The position numbers and the translations under genes are program-made. Positions 27,348 to 35,406 of a stretch of DNA of 64,000 bases are shown in pieces. Below the pieces are notes generated by a model, which worked only from the letters and a program-made list of their open reading frames with translations, was not told the origin of the DNA and made no database searches. How positions within the stretch are numbered: position 1 is the first letter of the stretch; the number at the start of each line of letters is the position of its first letter. Source of the stretch: Thermomicrobiales bacterium (lineage in GTDB: Bacteria > Chloroflexota > Chloroflexia > Thermomicrobiales > UBA6265); contig JBHOQQ010000046.1 of the NCBI GenBank assembly GCA_042408955.1, positions 725-64,724 of the forward strand, written 5' to 3'.

Positions 27348-27615
27348 GCAACGTGCCGCGCGTTTCAGTCCTCACATTTCTTACAATCCCCACCCTGCCT
27401 TTCAGCAGAGTGCAACGCGCAAATGCTCGTCAAACCTGGGCAATATCCCCCGCTCCTCCCCCGGCAACGGCCAAAATCCTTCGCAAACCTTGGCATGTTC
27501 CGCCTCACCCCTGCGCGAACCCCCCGGTATGTTCGCCCCCACACCAGGTTCGCGCCACCATTTACGAAGCCAATTGATACCAAGCGAACGCGCCACACCT
27601 TTCAGCGTCCGTGCC

Positions 27616-28683
27616 TCACGCGCTGCGCGCGTCCCATCGGAAGAAGCGGATCGAAATGACGAACCCCACTGCGAGCGTCAACAGCAATACCAACAGGTCG
27701 CCCCAGATCGCGCCAAGTCCCCGGCCACGCGTCATCGGCTCCCGCAGCGCATCCACAAGATAGCTGAGCGGCAACGCCCGCGCCACGGGTCGCAGCCAGG
27801 CCGGAGCGCTATCGAGGCTGAAGAACACACCTGATAAGAACAACATCGGGAAGGTGATCAGATTCGCGTAGCTGGCCGCGGCTTCGACGTTGCGTGCTAT
27901 CGCCGCTACCGCGAAACCAATCGCCAGGAACGCCAGCGACCCTATTACGATCGCAAGGAAGATGACGAGCGGGTTGCCACGCAATTTCAATCCGAAGAGC
28001 GCAACACCGAGCACAATGAGGATCAGCGCCTGCGCCACCGCAACGATAAGCTGGGACACGATCCTGGCAGCGATAAAACTCGACAAGGGAAACGGCGTCA
28101 CTTTGATGCGCCGCAAGATTCCACGCTCCCGGAAGCTCACAAACGCTGTCGAGAGGCCGATCACCCCCGCGTTCATCAGGGCCATGGCCAGAATGCCCGG
28201 CACAAAGAAGTCAATAAATGAGATGTCCGCGCCAGTCACCGGTTCCTCGGTGATGGGCAACGGCTGCTCCGCCTGCGCGACGCTTAGCAGAATCTGCCGA
28301 ACAACGCTTAACCCTACCTGCGCGTTCGGGCCATCGGTCTCGTCGTAGTAGAGCTGAACCGGCGGTCTCCCTTGGTTGTCGGCCTGTCCAAACACGACGA
28401 CGATGTCGCGATCCCCGTCCTTGAGCGCGGTAAGCTCCTGCTCAACCGTGCCAATCTTGACGGTCATCGCATCGGTTTGGCGCAATGCGGCCGTCACTTG
28501 GTCGCTGAATGCCGACGGCTCCCCGGAAATGCCCACATCGAAGTGAGCCCCCTCGTTCCCGCCGAACACCGCACCAAAGATGACGATGAACAGCGCAGGG
28601 AAGACCAGATTCCAAAAGAGAGCCGACCGGTTCCGCACGGTCATCTTGATGTTCGCTCGAATCATCGCGAGTAGCGCGCGCAT
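27616..28683 (-). CDS. ABC-2 type exporter permease
   Basis: MRALLAMIRANIKMTVRNRSALFWNLVFPALFIV, a large first external loop, then 5 further TM segments, typical of ABC-2 permeases. ATG 28683 has GTGAGG 6 nt upstream. Confidence 0.8.
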   Translation of the reverse strand: MRALLAMIRANIKMTVRNRSALFWNLVFPALFIVIFGAVFGGNEGAHFDVGISGEPSAFSDQVTAALRQTDAMTVKIGTVEQELTALKDGDRDIVVVFGQADNQGRPPVQLYYDETDGPNAQVGLSVVRQILLSVAQAEQPLPITEEPVTGADISFIDFFVPGILAMALMNAGVIGLSTAFVSFRERGILRRIKVTPFPLSSFIAARIVSQLIVAVAQALILIVLGVALFGLKLRGNPLVIFLAIVIGSLAFLAIGFAVAAIARNVEAAASYANLITFPMLFLSGVFFSLDSAPAWLRPVARALPLSYLVDALREPMTRGRGLGAIWGDLLVLLLTLAVGFVISIRFFRWDARSA

Positions 28684-28821
28684 TATGAACCTCACGCACT
28701 CAGCATTCAGCTATCAGTCGTCAGATGCCATCCATCAGGATGTCGAGGGCACGATGAACTGCGCGCCGTCGGACGGCTGGAAGCTCTCGGCTCGTAGCTC
28801 GAAGCTCTAAACTCGGAGCTT

Positions 28822-28922
28822 CCCTGACCCCCGACTCCCGACCCCTTTCCTCGCCCCTCTCTCGCCCCTAGCCCCCACCGACCCCCGACCCCTGACTCCT
28901 GCCCCCCTGCTCAGCCCCCACC
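28822..28922 (-). repeat. Dense G-tract / heptamer-repeat spacer between ABC ATPase and permease genes
   Basis: On the transcribed (minus) strand there are 11 runs of G3-G6 within about 100 nt. On the plus strand they are built from GACYCCY heptamers (gacccccgactcccgacccc; gacccccgacccctgactcc) and a duplicated CTCGCCCCT. Confidence 0.8.
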
Positions 28923-29987
28923 TTCCGCCTCGCCCTCATACGCGCGGCCGGTCAGTGCAAGGAACACATCCTCCAAGCTTGGCTGCGTGCTGCGGAGATC
29001 GGCCAGGACAACCCCGCTTCGCGTCGCTACCTCCAGCAACCCAACCAGTGTGGCCTGCGGGTCGGCCGTGCGCAGTTCCAACGTGCCATCTGTTCCGGCG
29101 TAGTGCAGCACCCCTGGCAGCGCAGCCAGCGTCGCAAGTGGCAACGAGCCATTGACAAACGATGCCCGGATCGTCGCCGCCGCGCCCAGGCGCCGGATCA
29201 GCACCTGCGGCGTATCACAGGCAATGATGTGGCCGCGGTCCATAATCGCCACGCGGTCGCAAAGCTGCTCCGCTTCCTCCATGTAATGCGTGGTGAGCAC
29301 CACCGTTGCGCCATCTGCCCGAATCGACCGTATCGTCTGCCACAGATCGCGGCGCGCGGCCGGGTCCAAACCCGTCGTCGGCTCGTCCAAAAAGACGATT
29401 TGCGGCCGGTTGACCAATGCTAGCGCAATCGAGAGACGCTGCCGCTGTCCGCCAGAAAGCTCGGACACGCGCGCCGACCGCTTGTCGTGAAGGTTGACCA
29501 TGCCGAGCAGCTCATTGACGCGTGCAGGCGAGCTATCCACGTTGTACAGGCAGGCGAACAGCTCGATAAGTTCAGCCGCGGTTAGGTAGTCAAATAGCGC
29601 GGTTGTTTGGAGTTGCACTCCGATAATCTGGCGAACACGTGTGGGTTGCGCCACCGCGTCGAAGCCAGCCACTCGGATCGTTCCCTCGTCTGGCTGGCGC
29701 AGACCTTCGATCATCTCCAGCGTTGTGGTCTTGCCCGCGCCATTCGGTCCAAGGATGCCGAAGATCTCTCCGGAGCAGACCGTCAGGTCGATGCCCTCCA
29801 CGGCCACTAGCGCACCGTACCGCTTGATCAATCCGCGAATCTCAATCACCGGCGCCTGTGACGCGGCGCCACCGCCCGTTTCGCTCACGCTCCCATTGTC
29901 CCGTTCGCAACCGATCCAACCCGCGGCTCCAGCAGGCTGGCCATCAACCACTATACGACGCGCTCCAGCGGGTGACCACGTCACCAA
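28911..29987 (-). CDS. ABC transporter ATP-binding protein (DrrA/ABC-2 type)
   Basis: Walker A GPNGAGKTT, signature LSGGQRQRL, Walker B IVFLDEPTTGLD. The start is uncertain: TTG 29987 in the track, and GTG 29888 would give a more typical N-terminus. Confidence 0.88.
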   Translation of the reverse strand: MVTWSPAGARRIVVDGQPAGAAGWIGCERDNGSVSETGGGAASQAPVIEIRGLIKRYGALVAVEGIDLTVCSGEIFGILGPNGAGKTTTLEMIEGLRQPDEGTIRVAGFDAVAQPTRVRQIIGVQLQTTALFDYLTAAELIELFACLYNVDSSPARVNELLGMVNLHDKRSARVSELSGGQRQRLSIALALVNRPQIVFLDEPTTGLDPAARRDLWQTIRSIRADGATVVLTTHYMEEAEQLCDRVAIMDRGHIIACDTPQVLIRRLGAAATIRASFVNGSLPLATLAALPGVLHYAGTDGTLELRTADPQATLVGLLEVATRSGVVLADLRSTQPSLEDVFLALTGRAYEGEAEGGG

Positions 29988-30116
29988 TTGGGAAGCCTAG
30001 CTCCGAGCGCGAAGCCAATGAGTCGCCTGCGCTTCAAGCATCAAGCATCCAGCCCTGAGCGATCCGATCTCGGCGGTGACGAGAGCCTGGACATCTCGTC
30101 GAACGATCCTCGTCCC

Positions 30117-30164
30117 GTAGAAAGAGCGAGAGCGGGGCTGCAACGCACGGCTGTGACCCCGCTC
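30117..30164 (-). terminator. Intrinsic terminator at the end of the nos cluster
   Basis: Minus-strand GAGCGGGG-(19 nt loop)-CCCCGCTC followed by TCGCTCTTTCT, about 50 nt after the cytochrome c stop. Confidence 0.5.
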
Positions 30165-30210
30165 TGCCGATTCGACCGTGTCGAGGCGTGAAGCGCTCTG
30201 CTCTGCGCCG

Positions 30211-30801
30211 TTACTCTGAGAGGGACTTGATGTAGGCGATCAGATCGGCAATCTGCTGGTCGGTCAAGTAGTTGAACGGCGGCATCGCTGGCGGATACCC
30301 TTTGACGATCTTCGCCATGGGGTTCACGATCGATTCCCGAATATATGCATCGTCCGCCACGACCGTCTCACCGCTCTCCAGCTCGACCTGGCTGCCGTAG
30401 AGTCCTTTCCAGGTCGGCCCAACCAGCGTCGAACCGTCCGTCGAGTGGCAGGCAAGGCATTGCGCGGCCAGTTGCCGCCCGCGCTCGACATCACCAACGA
30501 TACCCGCGGCTTCCGTCGCGGGTGGCGATGCGACTGGCGAGGCAACCGGCGAAGCAGCTGGCGACGCGGCTGGCGAGGCTGCCGGGGAAATCGGGGTTGC
30601 CACGACGCTCGTTGCCTCCGGTGAGGCCGCCTCCGCGGCCGTCGGCGTCGTGCCGGGCGCGCCCTCGACCGGTATCCGCGTCACGGTCGGCTTCGCCTCT
30701 TCTTCCGGCTTGCCGCACGCGCCGAGGATGGCAACCGCTACAATCGCAACGAGCAGAACTCCCCGCTTGACCACTGAGCCCCTCCCTCCTCGCCCGGTCA
30801 T
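30211..30801 (-). CDS. Lipoprotein mono-haem c-type cytochrome (last gene of the nos cluster)
   Basis: Lipobox VAILGAC, a long SPAASPAASPAASPVASPVASP linker, haem motif CLACHS, and downstream Met in a class I cytochrome c fold. ATG 30801 follows GGTGAGGGG. Confidence 0.8.
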   Translation of the reverse strand: MTGRGGRGSVVKRGVLLVAIVAVAILGACGKPEEEAKPTVTRIPVEGAPGTTPTAAEAASPEATSVVATPISPAASPAASPAASPVASPVASPPATEAAGIVGDVERGRQLAAQCLACHSTDGSTLVGPTWKGLYGSQVELESGETVVADDAYIRESIVNPMAKIVKGYPPAMPPFNYLTDQQIADLIAYIKSLSE

Positions 30802-30820
30802 CCCCTCACCAACCAGGCTG

Positions 30821-31282
30821 CTACGACATTCTCGCTCCAATCTTCCAATTCTGCACGATTTCCTGCCAGGTCATCACCTGGCCCCCTTTCTCTGCCGCCA
30901 GGCGCTCCGCCTCCTCGCGCGTTTTCAGGGCCACGACACCGGTGCCCATCGGCGTCATCAATTCGTCATCGACCACAAAATACGCTTGAGTTCCGTCGAT
31001 CCACTCCTTCGTCGTGTAATCGTGCACCCAGACGCGGCGGTCGTTCAATCCCTCCTCCTGGACCTGCGCGACCAGCTCTCCGGGATCATCGAACAGCAAA
31101 GCGTCTCCGTCGGACTCGACCAGCCCTGCTGCAAAACGCTCGTCCGAGATGATCATGCGGCAACGGGCACACAGGTCCTTGCCGTACGAGATCTTCGGTG
31201 GTTCCGTGGCACTTGTCTTGTTACCACACGCGGTGAGGAGGAATGCCGCGCTTCCGAGCACGAACATGCGGCGATGCATCAT
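30821..31282 (-). CDS. nosL: NosL copper-chaperone lipoprotein
   Basis: MMHRRMFVLGSAAFLLTACG lipobox, and CARCRMIISDERFAAG typical of NosL. The start overlaps the nosY stop. Confidence 0.85.
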   Translation of the reverse strand: MMHRRMFVLGSAAFLLTACGNKTSATEPPKISYGKDLCARCRMIISDERFAAGLVESDGDALLFDDPGELVAQVQEEGLNDRRVWVHDYTTKEWIDGTQAYFVVDDELMTPMGTGVVALKTREEAERLAAEKGGQVMTWQEIVQNWKIGARMS

Positions 31283-32112
31283 CGGATATCCGTCCTTTTG
31301 AAGAGGAAGTACCCAGCCGGCAACGGCAGCACCACCCACAAGGCCAGCAAGCCAAGCAACACCGGCGCGAGGAGCCGTCCAAGCTGCTCGGTGGCGTAGG
31401 CTCCAGCCGGGCCGAGCACATCCAGCGACGCCTGAAGTTGATCGACAGTCAGCAGCTTATAGACATCGAGAGGATTGACCAGCGTCAGAGTCAGCAGCGT
31501 TTCGGGGCTCAGGTCCATAACGAGGGCGCTGCCCATCAGCCCCAGGTCGCCAACGATCACGAACGCCAGCCAGAGGGTGACAGCGATTCCCAGCGCTGCC
31601 GATGTCTGACTGGTGAAGCTGGAGACGAGATAGCCGATGCTGAGGGTGCCCAATCCAAGCAACAAGGTCAGAACGACCAGCAACGCGAAATCACCGATGC
31701 CAGCCGCGCCGCCTCGCACGGCGAGCACCAACCCTGCGCTGCCGAAACCTAGCAGGAGCGTCGAGGCAAGGCAAAGAGCGACCCCAAGATATTTGCCGAG
31801 GAAAACCTCCGCCGGTGAGACCGGTTGTGCGAGAAGGTAGTCGAGACCGCGGCCTTCCCGCTCTCCAACGAGCGATTGAGCGCCGGCAGTCAGGCCGATG
31901 AGCGGCACCATCAGCAGCATCAAATTGAGCAGTCCCGCCGAGGTCCGACCAAAACCCGGCTCTCCGGTCAACGCCGAGCCACCCATCGCGACCACCGCAA
32001 ACCCGATGCTCAGCACCGCAAAGACGACGGCATACAGCGCAAACCACTTGCTGCGTAATCCCGCTCGCGTTTCTCGCGCCGCGATAGCCGCGATCATCGC
32101 TCTATCCATCAC
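31279..32112 (-). CDS. nosY: NosY ABC-2 permease
   Basis: 277 aa with 6 TM segments, ABC-2 type, between nosF and nosL. GTGA overlap with the nosF stop. Confidence 0.8.
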   Translation of the reverse strand: MMDRAMIAAIAARETRAGLRSKWFALYAVVFAVLSIGFAVVAMGGSALTGEPGFGRTSAGLLNLMLLMVPLIGLTAGAQSLVGEREGRGLDYLLAQPVSPAEVFLGKYLGVALCLASTLLLGFGSAGLVLAVRGGAAGIGDFALLVVLTLLLGLGTLSIGYLVSSFTSQTSAALGIAVTLWLAFVIVGDLGLMGSALVMDLSPETLLTLTLVNPLDVYKLLTVDQLQASLDVLGPAGAYATEQLGRLLAPVLLGLLALWVVLPLPAGYFLFKRTDIR

Positions 32113-33005
32113 AACCGCTCCATGTCGAAATCGTCGATCTCAATGCCCTGCTTCGCCAGATGCGCCAGCACGCGTGCTTTGTCTCGTGTGGGGACCGGAA
32201 CGCTGACCACGTGACCGCTGCCCGTCGGCGAAAGGCCGAGGCGCACAAGGGCATCGAGCGTCTCGTGCACATGGCCATTCTTCAAGACGAGCACGAGCTT
32301 GGTGGCCGAGCCAATCTCCTCCCGGAACGTTGCCGGAGTGGCAGAGCGGCGCAACACCCCGCGCTCGATCATGAGAATGCGATCGGCAAGCATCAGCACG
32401 TCGTCCGGCCGGTGCGAGGAGAACACCACGGTTAGTCCTTGGCGATGATACGTGCGCAAGAGGTCAAGGAGTTCGGCGCGTCCGCGGGCATCAAGATTGG
32501 CGGTCGGCTCGTCCAATAGCAGGATCTTCGGTGACCCGATCAGCGCGAGCGCCAAGGCGAGCCGCTGCTTCATTCCCCCGGATAGTGCGCTGATGGGTTT
32601 GTCTATGTGCTCGGCGATGCCGAGCGTTGTGAGCTGCTCCATGGCGGCAGTGAAGGACGACCGCTTGATCGTGGCGACAAAGGCGACCATCTCGCCCACT
32701 GTCTCCGGGGAGATTGGCAAATCTTGCGGCACGTAGCCGATTAGCTGGCGAACCGCCCGGCCGTCACGCTGAGGGTCCTTCCCATCCACGCGAATCTGCC
32801 CATCATAGTGAGCAAGCCCGAGGAGACAGCGGAGCACGGTGGTTTTGCCGGCGCCGTTCGGCCCCCACAGGGCCACCGCCTCGCCTGGAAAGACCTCGAA
32901 GCTGATCCCATCGAGCGCGGCCACCTGCCCGTAGCGCTTGGTCACGTCCTGAACAGCGATTGCTGGCGAAGTTGCGTCGATGGAGCTCTGGTGCAAGCTA
33001 TGCAT
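32109..33005 (-). CDS. nosF: NosF ABC ATPase
   Basis: Walker A GPNGAGKTT, LSGGMKQRL, LLLDEPTANLD. Position in the nos cluster supports the call. Confidence 0.85.
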   Translation of the reverse strand: MHSLHQSSIDATSPAIAVQDVTKRYGQVAALDGISFEVFPGEAVALWGPNGAGKTTVLRCLLGLAHYDGQIRVDGKDPQRDGRAVRQLIGYVPQDLPISPETVGEMVAFVATIKRSSFTAAMEQLTTLGIAEHIDKPISALSGGMKQRLALALALIGSPKILLLDEPTANLDARGRAELLDLLRTYHRQGLTVVFSSHRPDDVLMLADRILMIERGVLRRSATPATFREEIGSATKLVLVLKNGHVHETLDALVRLGLSPTGSGHVVSVPVPTRDKARVLAHLAKQGIEIDDFDMERL

Positions 33006-33008
33006 GGA

Positions 33009-34484
33009 TCAGACTCCTCTCGCTCTCATCGGGGCGAGTCTACGCCGCGCTGTCACGGTCGCGGGCCGCAGGCGAAGGATGAAGAACGCGACGCCGATGA
33101 GGGCAAGCGTGCTCACAATGCCCAGCGTCACCCGCGATCCCTCTGAGGCAGCATCAACCGGCGGCAGGTAGGGTGAGACGGGCGCGGCCATCAGCGGAGC
33201 AGGATCCTCGAACTTTACTTCCGGCCGCACCTCGGGAAACGCCTTGGCTGCAAAATCGACGGCCATCGCCGCTGGGCTAAACAGGAACAGGCGTAACTCC
33301 GGATGCTGATCGGTCAGCCGCTCGAAGAGGCGCTGGGACCGGTACGGCCGGTCGCCAACGCCATCGCCATTGGCGTCATAGCCGGCGTAATCGCTCCAAT
33401 AGTTGCCCCGGCCATCCACCGCCCACGTCATGTCTTTTAGTTGGCCCCGGCCGATAATTGCTACATGCTCAGTATTATCCAGAAAGGCATTCCCGGTCAG
33501 GGTGTTGTGAGACACCGACGGCATGAAGCCGATCCCTATTTCATTGAACGCGAACACATTGTCCCGCCAGTAATTCTCGATGCCGCGCTCGCGCGGAGAG
33601 GTGTCTACCTGCGCCCCAATATTGTTGTGGACAAAGCGGTTCCCCTCCACCACGGCGCGATCGACATCTTTGAATCCGAGCCCGCCGCCGCTTGGCCCAC
33701 GGTTGTCCGAAAGATTGTTGCCGATGATGACCGGGTCCCGGCCATACATGATGTAAAGTCCGATCGAGTTGGCGCGCAGCGAGTTGCCTTCGATCCGGGC
33801 ACGATCGCTAAACATCAGGTGCAAGCCGTACCGGCTCCGATTGAATGCGTTGTTGCGCACGAGCGCGCGGTTCGAATACCACAGGATAATATCGCGGCCA
33901 TCACTGGCCTGATTCCCTTCGATGACGACGTCATCACAATACCAGATTTTGATGCTATCACCGCGCATCGCGATATCAACCGGTTTCGCGAGCACAATGT
34001 TATCCTTGATGACACTACCCGGCGCCTGCTTGAGGTAAATGCCGAAGAGAGCATCTTCGATCCGGTTATTGATCACCGTTGCACGGCCACCATCGAACAC
34101 GATCGCTGCATCTTCCTGATCGTGATTCATCCCGGTGCCACGGATGGTAAAGCCCTGAATCGTTACGTCTGCCCCGACGACACGGACCACTGTGCCCCGT
34201 CCGCCGCCGTCAATGACGGGATGGTCAACGCCCCGCAAGACCAGCGGCTTGTCAATGACAAGGCCACCTGGGTAGACGCCCCCCCGCACTTCGATAGTCG
34301 CACCGGCCGGAGCCGCCGCAACCGCCTCCGCGAGCGACGTCTGGGCGCAGGTGGGACAGACGAGCATCGCTTCGTCTGTCGCCCCGGCTGCGAGGTGCAG
34401 CGCCCCCCCGGTCACGATCGCCGTGAGGAGCGCAAGCACCAAGGCGGGCCGCCGCGGCCAGCGCTTCCCGCTACCGAGCAGCAT
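33009..34484 (-). CDS. nosD: NosD periplasmic parallel-beta-helix maturation protein, with an extra C-terminal TM anchor
   Basis: Signal peptide, repeated beta-helix units (GNxxxxNxxGIxL-type: IEGNSLRANSIGLYIMY, GNNLSDNRG, EGNRFVHNNIGAQV, TGNAFLDNTEHVAI). C-terminal TLGIVSTLALIGVAFFIL. ATG 34484 has a GGAGAG RBS and overlaps the upstream gene by 14 nt. Confidence 0.85.
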   Translation of the reverse strand: MLLGSGKRWPRRPALVLALLTAIVTGGALHLAAGATDEAMLVCPTCAQTSLAEAVAAAPAGATIEVRGGVYPGGLVIDKPLVLRGVDHPVIDGGGRGTVVRVVGADVTIQGFTIRGTGMNHDQEDAAIVFDGGRATVINNRIEDALFGIYLKQAPGSVIKDNIVLAKPVDIAMRGDSIKIWYCDDVVIEGNQASDGRDIILWYSNRALVRNNAFNRSRYGLHLMFSDRARIEGNSLRANSIGLYIMYGRDPVIIGNNLSDNRGPSGGGLGFKDVDRAVVEGNRFVHNNIGAQVDTSPRERGIENYWRDNVFAFNEIGIGFMPSVSHNTLTGNAFLDNTEHVAIIGRGQLKDMTWAVDGRGNYWSDYAGYDANGDGVGDRPYRSQRLFERLTDQHPELRLFLFSPAAMAVDFAAKAFPEVRPEVKFEDPAPLMAAPVSPYLPPVDAASEGSRVTLGIVSTLALIGVAFFILRLRPATVTARRRLAPMRARGV

Positions 34485-35136
34485 TGCTGGCTCTCCGCCC
34501 AATGATCGTGGCCACGAGCACGACAACGGCCGCGGCAACTGCCATCCAGAATCCGAGCTCAAAGTGTGCCTGCGTGCTGAACTGCCCGATCGTCCCTTTC
34601 CCGATGAGTCTTGGAGTGAACTCGTGGATCGAGCTGCTCAGCGGCGCATGCGGATCGAGCGAATGGCCAGCGTAGTACAGCCAGGCCAAGAGATCGGCGA
34701 CGAACACAATGGGATAGATCATGAGTGGCACGCGAGCGAGCCAGTGCCGCGCCCCACGCAGCCAGAACGATACCACCGCCAGCGCCGCCAGAATCGGGAT
34801 GCCTATGCGTGAGATGCTGCGTTCAATAGTCGCCGCATCTGTCAGCCGGATCATGCCAATGTAATGGTTCAGCCCGTCCACCTCGCGGACATTCTTGGGT
34901 GGCTCCATCTTGTACACGTAAATATCGACACCCAGTCCACGCGGGTATTGCGGCGCATGAAGGGTGATGTGCCAGTAGGGGTAGAAGATCGAAAGGATAA
35001 CAAGCGCGCCACCGATCACCAGCAGCGGGAGCTCAAGGCGTCGCACGAGCGCCCGGCTCAGCGAGACCGCACGTCTCTCGGTCTTCGGCACGGCCTTAGC
35101 TGGAGCCGCGACGTTCATCGGCTGACTGATTGCCAT
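34471..35136 (-). CDS. 4-TM membrane protein between nosZ and nosD (NosB-like by position)
   Basis: ATG 35136 is preceded by GAGGAGG. Four predicted TM helices with a ~60-aa external loop (HITLHAPQYPRGLGVDIYVYKM...). The NosB assignment rests on synteny, not on recognised motifs. Confidence 0.6.
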   Translation of the reverse strand: MAISQPMNVAAPAKAVPKTERRAVSLSRALVRRLELPLLVIGGALVILSIFYPYWHITLHAPQYPRGLGVDIYVYKMEPPKNVREVDGLNHYIGMIRLTDAATIERSISRIGIPILAALAVVSFWLRGARHWLARVPLMIYPIVFVADLLAWLYYAGHSLDPHAPLSSSIHEFTPRLIGKGTIGQFSTQAHFELGFWMAVAAAVVVLVATIIGRRASNAAR

Positions 35137-35293
35137 AGGAACCTCCTCGTTTCCTCGAAATCCTGCCTTGATCCGCGCCCGTGCGCTGGGATCGTCCTCT
35201 GCTTGGTACGGTAGCCCCGGATGTATCGCAGGCACGTCATTTTCCAACCGTTCACTGTTACAGATGCATAAACTCGCTTCGGCTCTGGCGCTG

Positions 35294-35326
35294 GTCAAAA
35301 CGTGGGGAGGGCTCGTGTCCCTCCCC
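35294..35326 (-). terminator. Intrinsic terminator 2 downstream of nosZ
   Basis: Minus-strand GGGGAGGG-acacgag-CCCTCCCC (perfect 8-bp stem) followed by ACGTTTTGA. Confidence 0.6.
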
Positions 35327-35335
35327 AGCAAGGCC

Positions 35336-35356
35336 CAAAAACCCGGTGGAGCCGGG
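35336..35356 (-). terminator. Intrinsic terminator 1 downstream of nosZ
   Basis: Minus-strand CCCGG-ctcca-CCGGG followed by TTTTTGG, 50 nt after the nosZ stop. Confidence 0.5.
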
Positions 35357-35406
35357 CGCTAGCAGCTAATGGCTGGCGCTGGCGCCCGTCGCTCCTCTCC
35401 GCTCCC

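Noticed and set aside
28800-28925. Possible CRISPR array or RNase P/tmRNA fragment (GAGGAAAGG and GGGGCTGA strings on the minus strand)
   Set aside because: The repeats are 7-9 nt, not 25-40 nt with unique spacers. The matches to RNase P (GAGGAAAGUCC) or to the tmRNA 5' end are only a few bases and lack the surrounding conserved structure.
33441-34505. 354-aa plus-strand ORF opposite nosD
   Set aside because: It is entirely antisense to a well-supported nosD gene. Its composition is Arg/Asp/His/Pro-rich with no motifs or RBS. This is a typical shadow ORF of high-GC DNA.
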